Shown piece by piece: positions 33,477-39,954 of a stretch of DNA of 39,954 nt; position 1 is the first letter of the stretch; each line of letters starts with the position of its first letter. Origin of the DNA: an uncultured Candidatus Saccharibacteria bacterium (lineage in GTDB: Bacteria; Patescibacteriota; Saccharimonadia; UBA4664; CAZJNH01); contig CAZJNH010000001.1 of the NCBI GenBank assembly GCA_964547425.1, positions 71,295-111,248 on the forward strand, given 5' to 3'. The notes under the pieces are model-generated. The model was not told the DNA's origin. It was given only the letters and a program-made list of their open reading frames with translations, and did not search any database. Both the position numbers and the translations under genes were made by a program.

Positions 33477-35242
33477 TAGAGCCTCCGGGCTTTTTCTTCT
33501 GTGGTGAAAAACTGCAGCCGGTCGCCGACTTCGATTTTGTCGTGGGTAGAGATTTCCATCCCGCACTGTTCGCCGGCATTAACTTCTTTGGCGGCCTGCT
33601 TCTCTTTTTGCAGACTGGTTATTGTGCCTCGGCCAACCTCTTCTCCACCCCGCAAAATCTTGACCTGCAGTTTGGGCTCTACCTTACCCTCTTTGACTTC
33701 ACCGCCGCAGATCACATTGGCTTTTGTGGTTTTAAAAACCGCCAAAATTTCTAGTTCACCAACGACGTGCTCAATCACTTCCGGCGGTAGCATTTCACTC
33801 AAGACATCACGCAGATCATCGAGTAATTCATAAATAACTTTGTATAGCTGGATCTGAATTTGCTCTCGGCTAGCCAGCTGCTTGACCAGGGAATTAACCC
33901 CGACGTTGAACCCAAGCACTAGGGCTCCGGCCGTCTTAGCTAATGTAATGTCGTTTTCGCTAACGTCACCCAGACCGCTTTGGATGACTTTGACCGCCAC
34001 CTCTTCATTGCGCAAATCCTTGAGGCTATCGAGCAGTGCCTCGAGCGAGCCTTGCACGTCAGCTTTAATCACCACATTGAGCTCTTTGACCTTACCCGCG
34101 GTAATAGCGCTGGCAATGTCAGAGGCCTCAATTTTTTTAACCTTAACCATACTCTTGGCTTGGGCCGAACGTTTGCCGGAGGTGGCTTTTTCGCGGGCCT
34201 TTTGCTCGCTATCGACCCCGTAGAAAATCTGGCCGAAGGCCGGGGTATCCTTAAATCCGGTCACGATTGCCGGCATTCCGCCGGTGGCTTCTTTAATCCT
34301 CTTGCCCCGGTCATTTTCGAGGCTGCGGACTTTGGCGTAGGTGTCGCCGGCTACGATGTAGTCGCCAACTTTTAGTGTTCCATTATTAATCAAAACCGTC
34401 GCCACCGGTCCCCGCCCGCTCTCAACATGCGACTCAACCACCATTCCCTCACTCGGACCTTCTTTTCGCGTCTTGAGCTCTTCGATATCGGCAACCAGTA
34501 AAACCATATCAAGCAGCTGATCGATGCCGGTGCCATCTTTGGCGGAAACCTCGGTCATGACCGTATCGCCACCCCACTCCTCCGGCGTTAATTGGAGTTC
34601 GGCTAATTGAGTTTTAACTCGGTTAACATCCGCCCCTTCTTTATCTATCTTGTTGATAGCGATGACCATTTTGACCCCAGCCGCTTTGGCGTGGTCGATG
34701 GCTTCTTTGGTTTGCGGCTTCACGCCGTCATCGGCCGCGACCACAATGATTGCGACATCCGTCATCTTGGCACCGTGCGCACGCAAAGCCGAGAATGCCT
34801 CGTGCCCGGGGGTGTCGAGAAAGGTAATCCAGCGGTCCTTTCGTTTCACCTGGTAGGCGCCGATGTGCTGGGTAATGCCGCCGGCTTCGCCGCTAATAAC
34901 GTCGGTTGAGCGAATGGCGTCAAGCAGTTTGGTTTTGCCGTGATCAACGTGGCCCATCACCGCCACTACCGGCGGGCGGGCGATGCCATCGGTGACCTTT
35001 TCGATCGTCGGGGCATCTTCCGGCTCTTCCTCTTTTTCCGGTTCGGCCTCAAAACCGAGGTCGGTCGCGATAATTGCGGCGGTTTCGTAGTCGATCATCT
35101 CGTTGATCGTGGCCATAACGCCGTTTTTCATTAACTCGCCGATCACCTTAGTAACCGGCAAGCCCAGCTTCTCGGCAAACTCACCCACCCGAATGGCTTC
35201 GGGCAGTTCGACTTTGGTCTTGGCGGTTGGCTGATCGTTCAT
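33476..35242 (-). CDS. infB: Translation initiation factor IF-2
   Basis: [31 protein letters not shown]. Confidence 0.98.
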   Translation of the reverse strand: MNDQPTAKTKVELPEAIRVGEFAEKLGLPVTKVIGELMKNGVMATINEMIDYETAAIIATDLGFEAEPEKEEEPEDAPTIEKVTDGIARPPVVAVMGHVDHGKTKLLDAIRSTDVISGEAGGITQHIGAYQVKRKDRWITFLDTPGHEAFSALRAHGAKMTDVAIIVVAADDGVKPQTKEAIDHAKAAGVKMVIAINKIDKEGADVNRVKTQLAELQLTPEEWGGDTVMTEVSAKDGTGIDQLLDMVLLVADIEELKTRKEGPSEGMVVESHVESGRGPVATVLINNGTLKVGDYIVAGDTYAKVRSLENDRGKRIKEATGGMPAIVTGFKDTPAFGQIFYGVDSEQKAREKATSGKRSAQAKSMVKVKKIEASDIASAITAGKVKELNVVIKADVQGSLEALLDSLKDLRNEEVAVKVIQSGLGDVSENDITLAKTAGALVLGFNVGVNSLVKQLASREQIQIQLYKVIYELLDDLRDVLSEMLPPEVIEHVVGELEILAVFKTTKANVICGGEVKEGKVEPKLQVKILRGGEEVGRGTITSLQKEKQAAKEVNAGEQCGMEISTHDKIEVGDRLQFFTTEEKARRL

Positions 35243-35257
35243 AAAGTACGATCAGCG

Positions 35258-36415
35258 TTAAGACTGATCGGCGTCCTTGGCTTTTTTAGTTACCTTGGCG
35301 GCTTTTGCGGCCGGTTTTTTAACTGTGGCTTTGGACTTAGACGCTTTGCCCGCGACCTGTTTCAGCGACAATGATAACTTGTGGGCCTCGGTGTCTACGT
35401 CGATAACCTTGAACTGCTTGTTCTCACCCAGTTTTACCAGGCTCGCCGGATCCTCAACCGTTTCGTCGGCCAGTTCCGAAACATGCACCAAAGCTTCGAT
35501 CACCGGAGTCACCTGAACGAAAGCACCGAACGGAGTAATACGGGTGACTTTGCCTTCAACTAAGTCGCCAACTTTGTAGTTTTTGATCTCTTTTAGCCAT
35601 GGGTCATCGGTCAATTGCTTAATCGACAGGCTTAGTTTGTCTTTGTCGATGGCTATAATTTTGGCTTTGATCTTTTCGCCAACCTTGACGTAGGCGCTAG
35701 GGTTGTCCACGCGGTCCCAGGCGATCTCGGAAATGTGAACCAATCCTTCGATGCCTTCAACGTTAACGAAAATTCCAAAGTCTACTACTCCAGTGACGAG
35801 ACCTTCAATGCTGTCGCCGACCTTCAGTTTAGATACCCGCTGGGCGGTGTCTTCACGCAAGGCCTCTTTTTCCGATACGATCAGCTTGTTCTCACGTCGG
35901 TTGAGGTCAAGAATCCTCACCCGCAGCGGTTTGTTGATTAGGCTAGTTAAACGCTGCAAAATCTCGTCTTTGTCGGCGCCGGCGACGCGGGGATAATGTT
36001 CGGCAGCTAGTTGGGAGACCGGCAAAAAGCCGCGAATGCCTTCGCACTCAACCAGTAAACCGCCTTTATTGGCGTCATAAGCTTCAAGGTTAAACACTTC
36101 ACCTTTTTCGAACCGGGCTTCGAGTGCCTCCCAGCCCTTTTCTTTGGCCACACGCTTTAGCGACAGCACGGCAAAACCGCCGTCGGCCTCCGGATCGAGC
36201 ACGCTGGCACCGATGACGTCACCGACCTTGATCGGCTCAGAGTGGTCGACTTCTTTGCCCACGACCAAACCGGTCCCGCGCTGGCCGAGATCCAGCCAAA
36301 CGCCGTTTTTTTCGATATCAATCACCCGGCCTTCAACCGAATCCCCAACCTTCAGGGCTTCGATCTCGGTCTCACCGAGCAGATCCTCCATACTGATTGC
36401 GCTTTTGGTAGCCAT
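35258..36415 (-). CDS. rpsA: 30S ribosomal protein S1 (four S1 domains)
   Basis: ANKGGL..IRGFLPVSQL, EGLVHISE, EALVHVSE. Confidence 0.93.
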   Translation of the reverse strand: MATKSAISMEDLLGETEIEALKVGDSVEGRVIDIEKNGVWLDLGQRGTGLVVGKEVDHSEPIKVGDVIGASVLDPEADGGFAVLSLKRVAKEKGWEALEARFEKGEVFNLEAYDANKGGLLVECEGIRGFLPVSQLAAEHYPRVAGADKDEILQRLTSLINKPLRVRILDLNRRENKLIVSEKEALREDTAQRVSKLKVGDSIEGLVTGVVDFGIFVNVEGIEGLVHISEIAWDRVDNPSAYVKVGEKIKAKIIAIDKDKLSLSIKQLTDDPWLKEIKNYKVGDLVEGKVTRITPFGAFVQVTPVIEALVHVSELADETVEDPASLVKLGENKQFKVIDVDTEAHKLSLSLKQVAGKASKSKATVKKPAAKAAKVTKKAKDADQS

Positions 36416-36456
36416 AAATTTAACTGGTCTATTTTACCGGCTAACAGCGCTTCTGT

Positions 36457-36810
36457 CTACAGGGAGTAGCGGCGGCGGTATGGGCGCAGTTTGGTTGAAC
36501 CAAACCCGACTGCAGCAGCCGGGATAACTAATAGCCAGACATTGGTACTGCCGGTTTGAGGTGTGCTGGTCGGCAGACTGCCGCCACCAACACTCCCGGA
36601 AGCTTGGACTTTTGAAGAGCTGGGCTGGCTTTTGGTTTTGTTAGACGCGGCGGGCTTCCCTACCTTCTGGTCGGCCTGCTCTTTAGCTTGCTGTTCTTTT
36701 CTGATCTGATCCTGGCGCTGTTGGTTGCCGTACAAGAACGTGGCCACAACGATCGCACCAATGATCAGGATCCCGCCCAGGGTTTTTAGGAAGTCTCGAT
36801 TGAGATTCAC
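36457..36810 (-). CDS. Hypothetical membrane/surface protein
   Basis: N-terminal TM, low-complexity linker, TPQTG + hydrophobic stretch + basic tail; GAGGGGG SD. Confidence 0.7.
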   Translation of the reverse strand: MNLNRDFLKTLGGILIIGAIVVATFLYGNQQRQDQIRKEQQAKEQADQKVGKPAASNKTKSQPSSSKVQASGSVGGGSLPTSTPQTGSTNVWLLVIPAAAVGFGSTKLRPYRRRYSL

Positions 36811-36916
36811 GCGTCCCCCTCACTTAATTTAGATATAAAAGTTATACGATAAAGCGAGCTTGCGTGCAAGGAAAATGGCTTAAGAAAGCCAAAAGCATAA
36901 GCGGTATAATTAGATT

Positions 36917-37747
36917 ATGTATATCGGCGTGGACATCGGCGGAACTAAAATTTTGGTCGCATCCGCAGATCTGGAAGGTAAGGCGGTCTCGCAGCAAAAG
37001 ATCGCGACGCCCGCCAAACCCGACATTGGCCTCGAAGCTATTATCGACATTATCCACGCTGTCGCCAGACAAAACGACATCAAAGCAATTGGCATTGCGG
37101 CGCCCGGTCCGCTTGACTGGGAAGCCGGGGCGATCGGCGCTTCACCAAATCTGAAATGGAGAGGCGCCCAACTAGTTAAAACCCTGGAACGCCACTTCCG
37201 GGTGCCGGTGGTTTTAGAAAACGACGCCAACGCCGCCGGACTGGCTGAGGCCAGGCTCGGCTCCGGCCGGGGCCACAATCCGGTACTTTACGTAACCATA
37301 AGCACCGGCATTGGCACTGGGCTGGTTATTAACGGGCACACCTACCGCGGCGCCCACGACACCGAGGGTGGACATATGATAATACAGCCCGGCGGCGAAA
37401 AATGCGGCTGCGGCGGGCATGGGCACTGGGAGACACTGGTTAGCGGCCCGGCTTTCCATCGCCGATTCGGCAAACTGCCGGCCGAAGTCACGGACCCGAA
37501 AATTTGGGACGAATACGCCAAGGATTTAGCCCACGGCCTCGCCAATCTTTGCGCGGCGCTATCTCCCGGGATCATCGTGATTGGCGGCGGCGTCGGCACC
37601 CACTACAACCAGTTCATCAAACCGCTTGAGAAGCACCTGAAAGAGCTATACCTAATCTATCCCGCGCCCAAAATTGCCTTGGGAAAATTCCCTGAAACCG
37701 CCGCCGTCTATGGCGCAATTATTCTGGCTCGAGAGCTTAGTTCTTAA
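36917..37747 (+). CDS. ROK family sugar kinase (glucokinase-like)
   Basis: GVDIGGTK, LENDANAA, GIGTG, EGGH, CGCGGHGHWE. Confidence 0.93.
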   Translation: MYIGVDIGGTKILVASADLEGKAVSQQKIATPAKPDIGLEAIIDIIHAVARQNDIKAIGIAAPGPLDWEAGAIGASPNLKWRGAQLVKTLERHFRVPVVLENDANAAGLAEARLGSGRGHNPVLYVTISTGIGTGLVINGHTYRGAHDTEGGHMIIQPGGEKCGCGGHGHWETLVSGPAFHRRFGKLPAEVTDPKIWDEYAKDLAHGLANLCAALSPGIIVIGGGVGTHYNQFIKPLEKHLKELYLIYPAPKIALGKFPETAAVYGAIILARELSS

Positions 37748-37785
37748 GCTTGTAGTGCCTAAGTAGCGCGGGTGTATACTCGTCC

Positions 37786-38274
37786 TTGAGTGGAGGGCGC
37801 ACAAGTTTGGATTTATTAAAACACTTCTCGGATATCAACTTCGTTCCTGGCCGCTACTTTATGTGGTCACCAGCCACCGAAACCGTCACCTACGACACCC
37901 GCCGGATCAAAACCGACAACGGCAAAATCGCCTTACTCCACGAAATCGGCCATGCCCGACTCAATCATCGAACATATAAATACGATATGGAACTGCTCCA
38001 CATGGAGATGGAAGCTTGGGACGTGGTGCGGCAGCTAGCGCCCGGATTCGGCTTAAAAATCGACGAAGAGCACATCGCCCAATGCATCGAAACCTACGAC
38101 GAATGGCTCTCGAAACGCGCTACTTGTCCCGACTGTGCCAACTTCAGCTTGCAAAAAGACCGCGACATTTACCGCTGCTTTGCCTGCGGCTCAAAGTGGA
38201 GCGTCAACTGGCGCAAAGACCGCCGCGTCACCCGCCGCGTCGTCGAACGCTGGGTCCACCCTTCCCTCGTTTAG
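37786..38274 (+). CDS. Putative zinc metallopeptidase (HExxH) with C-terminal zinc ribbon
   Basis: LLHEIGH, EMEAW, CPDC ... CFAC. Confidence 0.75.
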   Translation: MSGGRTSLDLLKHFSDINFVPGRYFMWSPATETVTYDTRRIKTDNGKIALLHEIGHARLNHRTYKYDMELLHMEMEAWDVVRQLAPGFGLKIDEEHIAQCIETYDEWLSKRATCPDCANFSLQKDRDIYRCFACGSKWSVNWRKDRRVTRRVVERWVHPSLV

Positions 38275-38275
38275 C

Positions 38276-38962
38276 CTACTGCTCGTACCAACGAACCCGG
38301 TCAATAAGAACCGTGCCCGATAGAACCTTGGCTCGAAATTCAATTCCGTCGTTGATGCCTGCTAGTAACCAGTTGTACGGTTGATAGCTCACACCCGATG
38401 TACCACAGTAAAACGCCACCCCTCTACCGCTACGATGCACTTCGCTATTCAAGTCAAATACAAACTTCATCGTATTCCAGTCTGCTGCCGACGCAGAGTC
38501 GCAGGTGTAGGATTGTTTGTCCGCGGCTTCTGTCATGTCATTTTTGCCGTTAAAAGCTGAGACTTGAGTCCAAAACGAGCCTTTGCTTAAAAACTTGAAT
38601 CGAAACTCCACCACATATTTGTGCATGTGTCGGGTATTATAGTCATAACTAACGTTCCAGCTTAGATATGGACCAAACCAAGGCCAGTAATAAGGCCCCG
38701 TGTTGCTAGTAGCTTTATAAGCATAACCACCACTAGCACCCGATGCGCTGACCCGACTGCCACCGTGGTTGCAAACAATATGCCGTGAGGAGCAAGAGCT
38801 AGAGGTGCCACTTTCCTCGCCCCAAAAACTGGTGCTTGATGCAAGGCTTTGGTAGACAAAAAAGCCGCCGATGGCGGCGACCAACAATAACGTAATAATC
38901 GTGGCAGGTGATTTAAAGTTAATTTTTCGATTCAGAAGCTTGGTTTTTGATTTTCTGGGCAT
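38276..38962 (-). CDS. Hypothetical secreted or membrane-anchored protein
   Basis: Basic N-terminus + TM, Ser-rich linker, aromatic beta-rich domain; TTGACG-17-TATGCT upstream. Confidence 0.7.
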   Translation of the reverse strand: MPRKSKTKLLNRKINFKSPATIITLLLVAAIGGFFVYQSLASSTSFWGEESGTSSSCSSRHIVCNHGGSRVSASGASGGYAYKATSNTGPYYWPWFGPYLSWNVSYDYNTRHMHKYVVEFRFKFLSKGSFWTQVSAFNGKNDMTEAADKQSYTCDSASAADWNTMKFVFDLNSEVHRSGRGVAFYCGTSGVSYQPYNWLLAGINDGIEFRAKVLSGTVLIDRVRWYEQ

Positions 38963-39016
38963 GAATAAACCTGGACAAAGCATAAGCATTTTTCCCGGGT
39001 TCGTCAAATCAGACAA

Positions 39017-39046
39017 CTAAAAAAGACCCGCGGGGGTCTTTTTTAG
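39017..39046 (-). terminator. Intrinsic terminator, possibly bidirectional
   Basis: CTAAAAAAGACCC-gcgg-GGGTCTTTTTTAG. Confidence 0.8.
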
Positions 39047-39067
39047 AGTGAGTTAGAGTTATCTAAC

Positions 39068-39262
39068 TTAAGCAGCCTTTTTGCGGCGACTAGCCTGTCC
39101 GCCCTTCCGGCCTGCAACGCGTGCAAGTTCCGGGTTTTTGGCGAATCCGCCCCCTCGGCTAATGGAGCCGCCTTTGCGACCGATTCGCTCGTAGAAAGCC
39201 ACGCCGTAGCGCTGCTTGTTGGTGGTGGCAGCTTTAATGCCGCCAGTTTTGGTTCCGGCCAT
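39068..39262 (-). CDS. KGG-repeat general stress-type small protein
   Basis: FYERIGRKGG, ELARVAGRKGG; AGGAG SD before ATG 39262. Confidence 0.85.
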   Translation of the reverse strand: MAGTKTGGIKAATTNKQRYGVAFYERIGRKGGSISRGGGFAKNPELARVAGRKGGQASRRKKAA

Positions 39263-39401
39263 TTTTCGTCTCCTATTTAATTGCGTTAAAGCTATTCTGC
39301 CCGACAAGCAGAATAACCGCTTTGGCCATAATGCCAAAAAGCTTAAGTTAATTCACCGAAACTTTTGGCGACCGTCTCAGCCGCCTACTTGAGAGAGCAA
39401 C

Positions 39402-39430
39402 ATATTATAACAAAACACTAATGCTGTCAA
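39402..39430 (-). promoter_or_regulatory. sigma70 promoter of KGG gene
   Basis: TTGACA-17 nt-TAATAT. Confidence 0.7.
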
Positions 39431-39443
39431 TACCTTTTGTGCT

Positions 39444-39575
39444 TTATTTTTCGGGTGGTTTTGGCAGCTCGCGAGACTCTTCAGCGACTGTGTCCTCAGT
39501 CAATTCCTTGACCTCGGCTTCAGTCTCCTCCCGCTTAGCGTGCTCCCACTCCGGCCGATTCGTTTGATTCGTCAT
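39444..39575 (-). CDS. Small acidic hypothetical protein (43 aa)
   Basis: MTNQTNRPEWEHAKREETEAEVKELTEDTVAEESRELPKPPEK; TATAAT 7 nt before the ATG. Confidence 0.55.
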   Translation of the reverse strand: MTNQTNRPEWEHAKREETEAEVKELTEDTVAEESRELPKPPEK

Positions 39576-39595
39576 TACAGTAATTATAACGCAAC

Positions 39596-39623
39596 GAGGC
39601 CGGGGATGAATCTCCCCGGCCTC
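39596..39623 (-). terminator. 11-bp inverted repeat
   Basis: GAGGCCGGGGA/TCCCCGGCCTC directly after the stop codon. Confidence 0.6.
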
Positions 39624-39823
39624 TACTTGAGCGACAGACCGCGAGCGGCCAGCAGCTTTTGGACTATACCGATCTCGCTCTGGTCGAGGTGCAGCTTCTT
39701 GAGTTGCTGGATCGATACTTCAGCCAAATCCGCGTACGTCTTGACCTTAAGCGAGCCGACAACGGCAGCGATGTTGCGGTTGTCGAAATGATGCGCCCAG
39801 ACATATTCATTACCGCTTTCCAT
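39623..39823 (-). CDS. Stand-alone RNA polymerase alpha-CTD-like protein (66 aa)
   Basis: DLAEVSIQQLKKLHLDQSEIGIVQKLLAARGLSL resembles the RpoA C-terminal domain; GGAGG SD; hairpin downstream. Confidence 0.6.
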   Translation of the reverse strand: MESGNEYVWAHHFDNRNIAAVVGSLKVKTYADLAEVSIQQLKKLHLDQSEIGIVQKLLAARGLSLK

Positions 39824-39867
39824 TAGAGCCTCCAGCTCGCCGATCGAGCCATACTACTCCTAAACAC

Positions 39868-39895
39868 AAAAAGACGCGAATAAACGCGTCTCTTT
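39868..39895 (-). terminator. Terminator downstream of 5S rRNA
   Basis: AGACGCG ... CGCGTCT plus U-tract. Confidence 0.7.
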
Positions 39896-39900
39896 GCATA

Positions 39901-39954
39901 AACCCGGCACTACCTACTTTCCCAACAATCTAGTGTTAGTATCATCGGCGCTTG
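39901..39954 (-). rRNA. rrf: 5S rRNA, 3' portion (truncated by window)
   Basis: Minus strand CAAGCGCCGATGATACT ... GGGAAAGTAGGTAGTGCCGGGTT matches the 5S 3' half pattern GCCGAUGGUA..GAGAGUAGG..GCCAGG. Confidence 0.88.

Overview
Housekeeping-rich bacterial chromosome segment. The compact genes, short IF2 and S1, ROK kinase and Rpf-domain protein suggest a Patescibacteria (CPR) genome, probably Saccharibacteria-like; this is inference. Core genes: htrA, LCP, lepB, parB, rplU, rodA, ileS, yggT, nrdJ/nrdR, ftsZ/ftsA, map, adk, dgkA, ybeY, yqeY, rpsU, HIT, hisS, rel, secDF, priA, def, fmt, rbfA, infB, rpsA, ROK and the 3' end of a 5S rRNA. No transposase, integrase, CRISPR array or tRNA was seen. 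Most notable observations: (1) an unannotated, about 380-nt, multi-hairpin minus-strand RNA candidate between rplU and parB, with its own promoter, a UUCG loop, a possible pseudoknot and a terminator; (2) a stand-alone RNA polymerase alpha-CTD-like mini-protein behind the rRNA operon; (3) self-contained ORFan cassettes (promoter + SD + terminator) slotted between core genes; (4) core genes that mostly have a -10 box 6-11 nt before the start codon and no SD, implying leaderless or very short-leader mRNAs; (5) a recurring promoter motif CGCTTATGCT; (6) degenerate 7-nt tandem repeats inside ileS and priA and in one spacer. All calls come from manual reading without database searches.
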